DNA of 64,000 nt from an uncultured bacterium (GCA_966128725.1 CBHYLN010000005.1:6576-70575), one strand, 5' to 3'; counted from the first letter of the stretch, positions 1-9,371 are shown. The notes: generated by a model not told the origin, from the letters alone. A program made the numbers and translations.

Positions 1-1014
1 TGCGATCGCGGGCAGCTTGTCGGCCAGATCGCGACGTGAGATCTCAAGTTCCTCGTGCCGGCATCCGAAGTGCGCGGCAGCATCGCGCGCGAACTCGCGC
101 TCGTCGTAGGCGGCCGCACCCTCGAATCCCGCCGTGAACGTGTGCACATTGCCGCCGCCCGCCCGCGACATCATCGCAACGTTGGCCGTGGAATCCACAC
201 CGCCGCTCAGGAACACGCCCACCGGCACATCGCTTATCATCCGAAGCGAGACCGACTCGGCCAGCAACTCGCGCACGTCGGCGGCCCAGGCAGCCACATC
301 GCGATCATCGTGCCGTGTTATCGGTTGCTGATACGGGTTCCAGTATGCGCGCAACGCCATTCCATCGGCGGTTACCGTGGCCGTATGCGCCGCGGGCAGC
401 TTCATCACCCCCTCGAACATCGTGGCAGGCGGATACACCTTTCCGAACGCCAGATACTCGCGCAGCGCCGGGGCGTTCAACCGCTTCTCGATGCCGGCAA
501 GCTCAACCACCGGACGGATTTCCGACCCGAACACAAACGCGCCATCGGCCTGGCAGTAATACAACGGCTTGATGCCCATGCGATCGCGCGCAAGGAACAA
601 CAATCGACGGCGCATGTCGTGGATGGCGAACGCGAACATTCCGCGCAGCCTTGGCACAATAGCCTCGCCGAACTCCTGATAGCCGCGCAGGATTACCTCG
701 GTGTCCGTTCGCGACGTAAACCTGTGCCCAAGCGCCTCCAGCTCGGCCCGCAGCTCGGGGAAGTTGTACACCTCGCCGTTGTACACGATCCAGAGCGAGG
801 AGTCGGCATTGGCCATCGGTTGATGACCGGCCGACGACGTGTCGATAATGCTCAACCGGCGATGGCCCAGCACTACATCCCGGTCGGGGCTGACGCGTAC
901 ACCTTCATCGTCCGGACCCCGATGCGCGATCATCGCCAGCGCACGGCGAACCCTGGCGTCGTCGGCCACAGCCCGCGACGCCGAGAAGTTTGCCATGCCG
1001 AGAATTCCACACAT
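1..1014 (-). CDS. asnB: Asparagine synthase (glutamine-hydrolysing), N-terminal 338 codons; 3' end lies beyond the window start
   Basis: Not in the ORF track because there is no stop in the window. My reverse translation from ATG at 1014..1012 reads MCGILGMANFSASR (Ntn Cys2 nucleophile). It stays open to nt 1 through ...PVGVFLSGGVDSTANVAMM (SGGxDS PP-loop). The + ORF 55..1371 is its Arg-rich shadow. Confidence 0.85.
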   Translation of the reverse strand, partial: MCGILGMANFSASRAVADDARVRRALAMIAHRGPDDEGVRVSPDRDVVLGHRRLSIIDTSSAGHQPMANADSSLWIVYNGEVYNFPELRAELEALGHRFTSRTDTEVILRGYQEFGEAIVPRLRGMFAFAIHDMRRRLLFLARDRMGIKPLYYCQADGAFVFGSEIRPVVELAGIEKRLNAPALREYLAFGKVYPPATMFEGVMKLPAAHTATVTADGMALRAYWNPYQQPITRHDDRDVAAWAADVRELLAESVSLRMISDVPVGVFLSGGVDSTANVAMMSRAGGGNVHTFTAGFEGAAAYDEREFARDAAAHFGCRHEELEISRRDLADKLPAIA

Positions 1015-1174
1015 GAGTGTTGCCTGAAGAAGAGAATCGGTATCGATACGCCCAACGCACCGCATGCGCATGTTCTGCGCGCACAACGCTGGCTCACGAG
1101 TCCGTTGCCACGGAAGATTCGGCGAGGGGCTCCGAACCGGATGCCCACCCGGCGTGCCCAGGCGATACGGGTGT

Positions 1175-2323
1175 TCAGCCGGATTGCCTGCTCACCGCAA
1201 GCGCGGCATGGTACAGATCGGTATATCGCCCCACCATGCGCGTTGGGTTGTATCGTTCCACCATCGATTCGCGTGCCGCGTGGCCGATACGCTGGCGCAT
1301 GCCGGCATCGGTGGCCAGTTCGGCAATCGCGGCGGCAAGCTCGGCCACATCGCGCACCACGCATCCGGTAACACCGGGCTGCACGTGTTCAACCAGACCG
1401 CCGCCGTCGGCGAACACAATGGTTGGCAGACCCACACCCATCGCCTCAACCGCGGCATTGCCAAACGATTCCTCCGGACCCGAGGGCAGGGAGAACATAT
1501 CGAATACTTGCAGGTAGTCGCCGATGCGCTCCTTCAGACCAAGGAAGCGAACCCGATCGGCAACGCCCAGATCCCGCGCCAGAGCTTCCAGATCGGCCCC
1601 GGCAGGCCCCTCGCCGATCACGTAGCAGCGCACATTACGGTTGGCCTTGGCCGCGACAGCCCTGATCAACAGATCGATGCGCTTCAGCGGGCGCAGGTTC
1701 GCGCAGGTTCCTATCCTGATGACATCGCCCTGCTCGGCCTCGCCCAGCTCCCGCAGCACATCGCCGCGCGTGCGCGTTGGCGCAAGCAGGGAGAAATCGA
1801 TGCCGTTGTATGTCACGGTGAACCGATTGCCGGGGATACCGAACAGCCGCGAGGCGGATTCGCACGCCTGCTGCGTATTGCCCGAATACCCATGGAACCG
1901 GCGACGGAGATAGTGGCCGGCAATCCGATACCGGGCACGCTGCTTCCACCGATACGCGAACATCCCGGCGCGGTGGGTGTACACACGCGCAACATTGGCC
2001 TGCCGCGCAAGAATGTGCATCAGCCCAAGCTCGGCGCTGTGAAAATGCACCACCGCGTAGTTGCCGGCAATCGCGCGCGCGCGCTCGGCAACTGAGAGAT
2101 CGAACGTGCCGCGCTGGTGCAGCTCGAACACCTGGGCGCCAACCTCGCGCGTACGTTTGCCGTAGAAACCGGCCGCACGCCCAACCACCACGTCGGCCGC
2201 AATCCCCTGCGCGCGCTGCTCGCGCACCAGTTGGAACAGGGCGCGTTCGGCGCCGCCGATCTCCATGTTCCACATCACATGCAGCACACGAAGCGGTTCG
2301 GTATCGTTTGGGGGCAACAACAT
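1175..2323 (-). CDS. Glycosyltransferase, GT-B fold (GT4-like, group 1)
   Basis: 382-aa ORF. The N-terminus has 'VLHVMWNMEIGGAERA' and the C-terminal half has 'PSGPEESFGNAAVEAMGVGLPTIV' (E-x7-E type motif). Confidence 0.8.
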   Translation of the reverse strand: MLLPPNDTEPLRVLHVMWNMEIGGAERALFQLVREQRAQGIAADVVVGRAAGFYGKRTREVGAQVFELHQRGTFDLSVAERARAIAGNYAVVHFHSAELGLMHILARQANVARVYTHRAGMFAYRWKQRARYRIAGHYLRRRFHGYSGNTQQACESASRLFGIPGNRFTVTYNGIDFSLLAPTRTRGDVLRELGEAEQGDVIRIGTCANLRPLKRIDLLIRAVAAKANRNVRCYVIGEGPAGADLEALARDLGVADRVRFLGLKERIGDYLQVFDMFSLPSGPEESFGNAAVEAMGVGLPTIVFADGGGLVEHVQPGVTGCVVRDVAELAAAIAELATDAGMRQRIGHAARESMVERYNPTRMVGRYTDLYHAALAVSRQSG

Positions 2324-2414
2324 CGTATTGGGTCGCTCGGCGAGCGCAAGGTCTCCGGGGAGTTCAGGTTACGGTATCAACGGCATCGCAAACCGGCATT
2401 CGCACGGCACGCGA

Positions 2415-3716
2415 TCAGATTCGGCGCGCGGCCGCCCGGCGTTCCACGAACTCCAGCACGGCACGGGCACGCTCGGCCCACGAGAATTTTTCCACGCGCT
2501 TCAACGCCTGTTCGGCCATGCCGGCAAAGGCATCCGGGCGCTCCAGCACACGGCGAATGGCAACGGCCAGCGCGTCGGGCGCATCCGGCGGCACCATCAA
2601 CGCAAGGGGCGGATCGCCCAGCACCTCGCGGAGCACGGGATAATCCGCCGTGATGATCGGGCGCGCGGCCGCCATGTAATCAAACAACTTGCCCGGCGAA
2701 CGATACCTGTTCAGTTCGATGCCGGAGGGGTAGTACATCACCAGCAGATCGGCCGCGGCCAGATAGACATGCACGTCGGTTGGCGCCACGAACCCGACGA
2801 ACACAACGTTGGTTATGCCATGCCGTTCCATCCGTTCGCGGTACAGACACACGTGGTCCGCACGCCCGCCCACCATCACCAAACGCACACCTTCGGGAAG
2901 ATTGCGCGCGGCCTCGATCAGGTACTCAACCTCGCGATATCCCCAGAAGATCTTGCCTGCATACACAACCAGGCGCTCCCCGGCTGCAAACCCCAGGCGC
3001 TGCCGTGCTTCGGCCTTGGAAACGCGCGCCTGTTCCACCTGCTCCAGATCGATCCCCTGATGCGTGCCGATCACACGCTCGCCATCCAGCCCAAGCTCGC
3101 GTACCAGATCGTGCTCCAGCGCGTACGAATTGGCCACCACGCCGTCAACACTGCGCAGCACCAGCCGCTGCATCGGGCGCTTGGGCATCACATGCGCCTC
3201 GAACAGCACCAGCACCCGCTTCCAGGTGATCGCGCGCAGCACGATAAAGGCCATCGCCGGACCGTAGTTCTTCGCGAACAATACAACGCGCTGCCCGCGG
3301 CGAGCGCGCCATACATAACCGATCGCGTACAGCGTGTTGGCGAACAGCCGTGTAAGCCCCCAACGCACGGGGCCGTTATCCTGATCGCGCTGGTGAATGC
3401 CAGTCTGAAATGTGCGCACGGTGAAGCGGTCGCGGACGCGATACGGCGCCAGCGGGTTGCCCGTGTTTGCCTCGCCGTCCAGCGGCCGAATCCCGAGCGT
3501 CACCAGCTCCAGATCAACCCCGGCCCTGTGCACCGCCTCGCAGAAATGGACGATGCATTGGCGATCCACACGCGGCGCCTGAATGTCCGACGGCGTGAAG
3601 TACAGGAACTTCAACGGGGGCACGGCCGCCGTGCCCGTGGCACGCACCGCCGGCTCGCCTGCGGCGCCCCGTGCGGAAGGTTCGGCATCGCTGCTCTGGT
3701 ATGGGCGATTGCTCAC
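2415..3716 (-). CDS. Glycosyltransferase, GT-B fold (group 1-like)
   Basis: 433-aa ORF with a GTG start that overlaps the upstream stop (GTGA at 3713-3716). The C-terminal 'YPSGIELNRYRSPGKLFDYMAAARPIITAD' is typical of group-1 transferases. The start is uncertain. Confidence 0.7.
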   Translation of the reverse strand: MSNRPYQSSDAEPSARGAAGEPAVRATGTAAVPPLKFLYFTPSDIQAPRVDRQCIVHFCEAVHRAGVDLELVTLGIRPLDGEANTGNPLAPYRVRDRFTVRTFQTGIHQRDQDNGPVRWGLTRLFANTLYAIGYVWRARRGQRVVLFAKNYGPAMAFIVLRAITWKRVLVLFEAHVMPKRPMQRLVLRSVDGVVANSYALEHDLVRELGLDGERVIGTHQGIDLEQVEQARVSKAEARQRLGFAAGERLVVYAGKIFWGYREVEYLIEAARNLPEGVRLVMVGGRADHVCLYRERMERHGITNVVFVGFVAPTDVHVYLAAADLLVMYYPSGIELNRYRSPGKLFDYMAAARPIITADYPVLREVLGDPPLALMVPPDAPDALAVAIRRVLERPDAFAGMAEQALKRVEKFSWAERARAVLEFVERRAAARRI

Positions 3717-4639
3717 GTGAGCGACGGAGGTTGGTTGCTGGATGCCGCCGTGCGCCGAGGCGCGGCGCGGAGGAATCCAAGCCTGTTGCGGAGTTCGTCG
3801 AGGAAGTACTGCCTGTACACGCGCGAGAAGATCGTGCCGCCGTATCTGCGGCAGATCATCAACCGTTCACGCCGACCCTCGCGCGAGATCGCGGCGGTTT
3901 TGCAGTCGTCGTAGTAACGCAGATTGGCCAGCAACGGCTCGATCCTTCGCACCGTGCCGTTGAGCCCCATGCGGATCCACAGGTCGCGGTCCATGGAGTA
4001 ATGCAGATCCATGTCCACCTCGCCCACGGCACGATACGCATCGGCGCGCATGAACACCGCCGGCTGCGGAATGAAGTTCCACGTGTTGACGAGGATCTTC
4101 AGATCGAACTCGCGACTGGGGTATGCATTGCGAAGCGATCCGTCGTCGTTGATGAGATTGCACGAGCCGTAGACCATCGCAAGCGAAGGATCGGCCGCGA
4201 ACGCCAGCGCGGCCTGGACAATTGCCCCGGGGTGATAGGTGTCGTCGCTGTTCAACCACGCGATGATCTCGCCGGTTGCGGCACGGAACCCCTTGTTGAT
4301 CGCATCGGACTGCCCGCGGTCGCGCTCGGAAACCCACGATGCCAGCCACGGCTCGTAGCGCCGTATGATATCAACCGAGCCATCGGTGCTGCCACCGTCA
4401 ACGATGATGTACTCCAGATTGGGATACCCCTGCAACAGCACCGTGCGAATCGTCTCCTCGATGAACCGGGCCTGATTGTACGAGGGCGTGATAATCGACA
4501 CCCGCGGCCACGGGCGTCCGTCGGGCATGGCAGGCGGGATCGCCGGCGAACCAACGGTCCAGGGCCAGCCGCTCAGGCCTTCCGGAGGCGCCGGCAGCGC
4601 ATCAACGGTTATGGCGTTCATCGGTTCGGTTTGCGACAT
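3713..4639 (-). CDS. Glycosyltransferase family 2
   Basis: 'VSIITPSYNQARFIEETIRTVLLQGYPNLEYIIVDGGSTDGS' and 'AWLNSDD' (DxD) are classic GT2 N-terminal domain motifs. Confidence 0.85.
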   Translation of the reverse strand: MSQTEPMNAITVDALPAPPEGLSGWPWTVGSPAIPPAMPDGRPWPRVSIITPSYNQARFIEETIRTVLLQGYPNLEYIIVDGGSTDGSVDIIRRYEPWLASWVSERDRGQSDAINKGFRAATGEIIAWLNSDDTYHPGAIVQAALAFAADPSLAMVYGSCNLINDDGSLRNAYPSREFDLKILVNTWNFIPQPAVFMRADAYRAVGEVDMDLHYSMDRDLWIRMGLNGTVRRIEPLLANLRYYDDCKTAAISREGRRERLMICRRYGGTIFSRVYRQYFLDELRNRLGFLRAAPRRTAASSNQPPSLT

Positions 4640-4677
4640 GCTTCACATCCAATCGAATACATACGGACAAATCCACT

Positions 4678-5730
4678 TCACCGCCGCCCCCGGAACAACC
4701 GGCGTGCACGGCGAAACGGCGCGGCCAGCGGCGCAAGATCCACCAGCAGCAACGCGTTGCCCATCAACCAATAGGCCCGGCCATCAACCAGGCGACGCGC
4801 CACATCCAGTGGGCCGCCGGCGGCTCGCCGCACGCTGCCAAGATTGGCCGTGCCGGCCTGCCGCATAAGGCCACGCAGCTCACGAAGATAGGGAGCATAG
4901 ATGCTTCGGCGCACAACGCCCGCCAGCGAGGCCCGGCGATCGCTGACACCGGCCTCGAACAGACCGCCCGCCAGCCGTTTCATCTTGTGGAAGTGGTAGA
5001 AGATCAACGGCTCGCCGTCGACCGTTGGCCCGTCCTCCCCTTCGGCAATCGCATGGCCCGCCAGATTCCACGGGGCCACGTTTGCGCCCCGATGCCGCAA
5101 CACATGCACGCGAGGGAATCGCGTGGGCCAATCGTCCAGATACTTCTGGTCGGCGAACTTGCCGTCCTCCAGCCGGTCGTGGCACCACTCGATGCACCGC
5201 GCGCGCCACCAGGCAATGCATTCACGCCCAACCGGGTCGTTGGCAAACACAAGCAGCCCAACGTTGAAATGCCCGAACACTTCCAGATGTCGCAGGTGCG
5301 CCGGAAACCGATGTTCGATGATCGCCACCGAGGCATCGGCCGACTCCTGAAACAGCGGCGCCGGCGACGAATAGAAGTACAGATCGGCGTCGAGATACAC
5401 CAGCCGGTCGATGTCGGGGAAACGCCGCAACAGATAGGCAAGGAATGCTGCGGTGCACGTGAAATAATATTCCACACGGCTACGGCTGGCCTTGGTCGCA
5501 TGCAGTTCGGGGTCGGCCTGTTCCAGCTCCTCGAGCGCAACAGGCACCACGCCCTGCAGCTTCATGCGCTCCAGAGTCTGGAATGCCTCGGCATCCAGGC
5601 ACAGAACATACATGCGGAATTCGCCGGCCGTGCGGCTCAGCGATCGGTGCAGCGCTACGCCACGCAGCAGATAGTTGGCGTCGAAGTATGTGCAGAAGTG
5701 ATACACGCAGGAGTTGTTGGGCCGGGGCAT
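4678..5730 (-). CDS. Putative nucleotide-diphospho-sugar transferase (GT8-like, GT-A fold)
   Basis: 350 aa. 'FCTYFDANYLLRGVALHRSL' and 'LVYLDADLYFYSSP' (DxD) resemble GT8-type transferases. Family assignment is tentative. Confidence 0.55.
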   Translation of the reverse strand: MPRPNNSCVYHFCTYFDANYLLRGVALHRSLSRTAGEFRMYVLCLDAEAFQTLERMKLQGVVPVALEELEQADPELHATKASRSRVEYYFTCTAAFLAYLLRRFPDIDRLVYLDADLYFYSSPAPLFQESADASVAIIEHRFPAHLRHLEVFGHFNVGLLVFANDPVGRECIAWWRARCIEWCHDRLEDGKFADQKYLDDWPTRFPRVHVLRHRGANVAPWNLAGHAIAEGEDGPTVDGEPLIFYHFHKMKRLAGGLFEAGVSDRRASLAGVVRRSIYAPYLRELRGLMRQAGTANLGSVRRAAGGPLDVARRLVDGRAYWLMGNALLLVDLAPLAAPFRRARRLFRGRR

Positions 5731-5769
5731 GTCGCAGGGTCCGGAGTATCCAGGCCCTGAAAGTCTGTG

Positions 5770-6924
5770 TCAGAGGATGGGGTTGGATGCAACAGCGCGA
5801 CGACCAACCACGCGCATCACGGCATCACCAACGCGGTCAACGTCGCCGTCCGAAAGTTCCGGGAAGATCGGCAGGCTCATGATCTCCAGCGCCGCGCGTT
5901 CGGTATGCTCCATGCCGAACGGCGTCGCGATTCGCCCGGCATACGCCGGTTGAAGATGCACGGGCACCGGGTAATGCACCAACGTGCCAACACCCAGATC
6001 GCGCAGTTGCCCTCGCACCGCATCACGATCCGCCACGCGCACCACATACTGGTGGTAGACGTGGCGCAGATGATCCGCATGGTTCGGGAGCACGGCGCAC
6101 GATTCGGCCAGCAGGCGGTTGTATCGCGCGGCGATGGCGCGGCGCCGTTCGTTCTCGGCGGCAAGATGTGGCAGCTTCACTCGAAGCGCAGCGGCCTGCA
6201 ACTCATCCAGCCGTGAGTTCGTGCCGGCAAGGCTGCTTACGTAACGCTCGCGCCATCCGTATTCGCGCAACAACCGTGCGCGTTCGGCAATCCCGCGGTC
6301 GCACGAAACCACCGCCCCGCCATCACCCAGCGCACCAAGATTTTTGGTTGGATAGAAGCTGAACGCAGCGGCCGCGCCGAATGTGCCCACCGCGCGTCCG
6401 CCGATGGTTGCGCCATGAGCCTGCGCGCAATCCTCCACCACGGCCACACCGTGGGCCTCGGCAACCGCCATTATCTGCTCAACAGGCGCGGGATGCCCGT
6501 ACAGATGCACCGGCACGATGGCGGCCACATGCTGGCCGCGTTCGGCGGCCATGGCAAGCGCCGATTGAACCTGGTTGGGATCGATGCAGTACGTGGCGGG
6601 ATCGATATCCACAAGGATGGGCACCGCGCCGGCCAGCTCCACCGCCGCAACCGTGGCAACGGCCGTGTGCGCAACGGTAATCACGTGCTGGCCGGGCTGC
6701 ACACCAACGGCCCGCAGGGCTATCACCAACGCGTCGGTCCCACTGCCAACGCCTACGGCATCGGCCGCGCCCACAAATCGCGCGAACTCCTGCTCGAAGG
6801 CGCGAACCTCTTCACCAAGGATGTACCACCCAAGGTCCAGAACGCGCGCGATGGCGGCATCAATCTCCTGGCGATGCGCGCGATAGTTGGCGCCGGGATC
6901 GGTTTGGGGAATCAACTGGGACAT
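5770..6924 (-). CDS. DegT/DnrJ/EryC1/StrS-family sugar aminotransferase
   Basis: 'GWYILGEEVRAFEQEFARFVGAADAVGVGSGTDAL' and 'FSFYPTKNLGALGDGGAV' are family hallmarks. I chose the ATG at 6924 (MSQLIPQ...) rather than the TTG at 6954 used by the track. Confidence 0.85.
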   Translation of the reverse strand: MSQLIPQTDPGANYRAHRQEIDAAIARVLDLGWYILGEEVRAFEQEFARFVGAADAVGVGSGTDALVIALRAVGVQPGQHVITVAHTAVATVAAVELAGAVPILVDIDPATYCIDPNQVQSALAMAAERGQHVAAIVPVHLYGHPAPVEQIMAVAEAHGVAVVEDCAQAHGATIGGRAVGTFGAAAAFSFYPTKNLGALGDGGAVVSCDRGIAERARLLREYGWRERYVSSLAGTNSRLDELQAAALRVKLPHLAAENERRRAIAARYNRLLAESCAVLPNHADHLRHVYHQYVVRVADRDAVRGQLRDLGVGTLVHYPVPVHLQPAYAGRIATPFGMEHTERAALEIMSLPIFPELSDGDVDRVGDAVMRVVGRRAVASNPIL

Positions 6925-6969
6925 CGGCTCAAGATAACCAATTGCCGTTGCCAAGCGCCGGGCGGCGTC

Positions 6970-7377
6970 TCAGCACGTCTGCAGCACGTTCAACACGGGA
7001 AGCGGCGCGCCTTCCAGCGCCACCGGAAGCCGCGGGGCACAGCAGATCTTCGCCAGATGTCTGCGGTCGCGCTGCATGGCCGTATCGGCGCGCAGCCACG
7101 TAATGGTCGAGCGCAGGATCTCGGCCACGTTCGCATCGGCCGGCTCGGCCAATCGGTAATGGATCCACTTGCCATCGCGACGCGCGCTCACCAGTCCCGC
7201 ACGCCGCAGGTAGGCAAGATGCCGCGATACCTTCGGCTGGCTTTCGCCAAGCGTCTCGGTGAAGTAACACACACAGATCTCGCCGTCGCTCATGAGATTC
7301 ACCAGGCGAAGGCGTGTGCGATCGGCCAGGGCACGGAACACGGTTTCGATGGAAACGGCTGCGGACGAACCAGGCAT
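6970..7377 (-). CDS. arsR: ArsR/SmtB-family metalloregulator
   Basis: 'FRALADRTRLRLVNLMSDGEICVCYFTETLGESQPKVSRHLAYLRRAGLV' contains a winged HTH plus the CxC As(III)-site motif. It is divergent from an ars operon. Confidence 0.85.
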   Translation of the reverse strand: MPGSSAAVSIETVFRALADRTRLRLVNLMSDGEICVCYFTETLGESQPKVSRHLAYLRRAGLVSARRDGKWIHYRLAEPADANVAEILRSTITWLRADTAMQRDRRHLAKICCAPRLPVALEGAPLPVLNVLQTC

Positions 7378-7419
7378 CGGGGTATCACGAGTAAAATTTC
7401 GGAAACGAACACATACGGC

Positions 7420-7448
7420 TTGACATATATGTCCGGTCGCGCTATCTT
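7420..7448 (+). promoter_or_regulatory. Candidate sigma70-type promoter of the ars operon
   Basis: TTGACA at 7420-7425, a 17-nt spacer, then TATCTT at 7443-7448. It sits in the only AT-rich patch between arsR and the first + gene. An AGGAGA RBS lies at 7501-7506 before the ATG at 7512. Confidence 0.45.
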
Positions 7449-7453
7449 TGCAT

Positions 7454-7477
7454 CACATTCGCTTATGCGAATATGTG
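7454..7477. promoter_or_regulatory. Imperfect palindrome, candidate ArsR operator
   Basis: cacattcgc-ttat-gcgaatatgtg lies immediately downstream of the putative -10. It is flanked by related 'tttcggaaacga' (7398) and 'ttccgaaacga' (7480) elements. Confidence 0.4.
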
Positions 7478-7511
7478 AATTCCGAAACGATGATCAAAAA
7501 AGGAGACGATC

Positions 7512-8030
7512 ATGAACGCACTGCAAGGGATCAAGACGATGAAGCCACACATTGCATTGAACGTGACGAATGTGGAACGCAGTATCGAGTTCTACCGGGC
7601 GTTGTTCGGCATCGAGCCAAGCAAGGTTCGTTCGGCCTACGCGAAGTTCGACGTCGACAACCCACCGCTGAACCTGACATTGAACCAGGGGCCGGTAACC
7701 GACCGTGGCGCGCTCTCGCATCTGGGCATCCAGGTTCCCAGCACTCAGGAAGTTATCGCCATCGCTGAAACCTGGCGCCAGGCGGGTTTGGAGGCGCGCG
7801 ACGAGATGCAGACCGCGTGCTGCTTCGCCGTGCAGGACAAGGTATGGGCCAGCGACCCGGACGGATACGAGTGGGAGGCGTTCACCGTGTTGCAGGACAA
7901 CCTGCCGGAGGCCGGTTCCGGAAGCTGCTGCACGCCCGCGTCGCTTGCCGAAACCAAGGCATCGCTTGGCGCCACGGTACCGCTGGCCAGCGCCGAACCA
8001 TGCTGCGAGCCCGGTAGCGGCTGCTGCTAA
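7512..8030 (+). CDS. ArsI/CadI-family VOC (glyoxalase-fold) protein, possible C-As lyase
   Basis: 'KPHIALNVTNVERSIEFYRALFG', 'LSHLGIQV', 'TACCFAVQDKVWASDPDGYEWEAF' (vicinal Cys pair) and a Cys-pair-rich tail. It sits in an ars operon context. Confidence 0.7.
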   Translation: MNALQGIKTMKPHIALNVTNVERSIEFYRALFGIEPSKVRSAYAKFDVDNPPLNLTLNQGPVTDRGALSHLGIQVPSTQEVIAIAETWRQAGLEARDEMQTACCFAVQDKVWASDPDGYEWEAFTVLQDNLPEAGSGSCCTPASLAETKASLGATVPLASAEPCCEPGSGCC

Positions 8031-8217
8031 TCCGCCACGTCACCGCGAACAATGGCAATGGCCAGCGCGTTCGCAACGGTGGTGCACAGATCATACGCAC
8101 TGTGGAGTCCGCACGGCCGGCGGCCTCCGCAACGCGCCCACATACGTACCAACCTCAATGGCGTGCCGGGGCTGCGGTCAATCACACCCATCTCAATCGG
8201 CGCGCACCGTACACCAT

Positions 8218-8898
8218 ATGAACGAAAGCTTCGCACGACGCCTCACCGCGGAATTCATCGGCACGGCAATGCTGGTTGCCACGGTGATCGGTTCCGGCAT
8301 CATGGCCGAACATCTCAGCGGTGGGAACATGGCAATCGCGCTTCTGGCGAACACGCTTGCAACCGGCGCCATGCTGGTTGCACTCATCGTCACCCTGGGC
8401 CCGGTTTCCGGCGCCCACATGAACCCCGCGGTTACCATTGCAAGCGCTGTGTTGCGCGAGCATCCGTGGCGCGATGTTCCCGGTTATGCCATCGCGCAGA
8501 TTTCCGGCGGGCTGCTTGGCACGGCATTGGCCAACATGATGTTCGATCTGCCGGCATTTTTCGCGTCGCAGCATCCGCGCACCGGCCCTTCGCAATGGCT
8601 GGCCGAAACGATCGCCACGTTCGGGCTGATGGGGCTCATCATCGGCAGCTCGCGGCGGCGCCCGTCGGCAACGCCGTACGTGGTGGCGTGTTACATCACG
8701 GCGGCATACTGGTTTACCGCGTCAACATCGTTCGCCAATCCGGCGGTAACAATCGCACGAACGCTCAGCGATACGTTCGCCGGAATCCGCCCGGCCGACG
8801 CCCCCGCCTTCATTGCCGTACAACTCGTGGGCGCCCTGGCCGCAACGCTTGTGTTCGGCTGGCTTGTCAGCAAGCCCACACGGCAACCTTCCACTTGA
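8218..8898 (+). CDS. MIP-family channel (aquaglyceroporin, AqpS-like arsenite channel)
   Basis: The internal ATG at 8218 (MNESFARRLTAEFIGTAMLV) is in frame with track ORF 7705..8898. Two NPA boxes are present ('GAHMNPAVT', 'SFANPAVT'). The upstream 171 codons of the track ORF are Arg/Pro-rich junk. Confidence 0.85.
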   Translation: MNESFARRLTAEFIGTAMLVATVIGSGIMAEHLSGGNMAIALLANTLATGAMLVALIVTLGPVSGAHMNPAVTIASAVLREHPWRDVPGYAIAQISGGLLGTALANMMFDLPAFFASQHPRTGPSQWLAETIATFGLMGLIIGSSRRRPSATPYVVACYITAAYWFTASTSFANPAVTIARTLSDTFAGIRPADAPAFIAVQLVGALAATLVFGWLVSKPTRQPST

Positions 8899-8930
8899 TC
8901 AACATCATGGCACCAACAGGAGAATCATAC

Positions 8931-9371
8931 ATGGCATCCCCCAAACAGCGCGTGTTGATATTGTGCACGGGAAATTCGGCACGCAGCCAGATGGCCGAAG
9001 GCCTTCTGCGATATCTGGCGGCCGACCGCTTCGATGTCTTCAGCGCCGGCACGCACCCGGGCATCGTACGCCCCGAGGCGATCGACGCAATGCGCGAAAT
9101 CGATATCGACATTTCCGGCCATCGCTCGAAGTCGTTGCACGAGTTCGACGGCCAGGCATTCGACTACGTTATCACCGTATGCAGCAAGGCCAGCGAGAAC
9201 TGCCCGGTATACCCCGGCGCCAATCGCATCGCATGGGATTTCGATGACCCGGCGGCAATCGAGGGCGAATACGACGTTCGCCTGCGCGCATTCCGTCGCG
9301 TGCGCGACGAGATTCTGGGGCGGCTGCGGTTGTTTCTGGCGGCACTCGACGGCGACGAACGGAACGCGTGA
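8931..9371 (+). CDS. arsC: Arsenate reductase, LMW-PTPase (thioredoxin-coupled) type
   Basis: ATG at 8931 is preceded by AGGAGA. 'VLILCTGNSARSQMAEG' is a CX5R P-loop, and 'ITVCSKASENCPV' gives the Cys82/Cys89-like pair. Confidence 0.9.
   Translation: MASPKQRVLILCTGNSARSQMAEGLLRYLAADRFDVFSAGTHPGIVRPEAIDAMREIDIDISGHRSKSLHEFDGQAFDYVITVCSKASENCPVYPGANRIAWDFDDPAAIEGEYDVRLRAFRRVRDEILGRLRLFLAALDGDERNA

Noticed and set aside
55-1371. 438-aa plus-strand ORF at the window start (also 2265..3914 and 6415..7515)
   Set aside because: It is antisense to asnB (MCGIL..., SGGVDS). The other two are antisense to GT4 and DegT genes. All are Arg-rich shadows.
7705-8217. N-terminal extensions of track ORFs (7705..8898, 8052..9371, 10351..11319, 13804..14994, 28196..29647, 29461..30450, 37345..38835, 39158..40750, 54909..56240)
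   Set aside because: The extensions are Arg/Pro/Cys-rich and overlap neighbouring genes or intergenic signals. Internal starts give canonical N-termini, often with an RBS.
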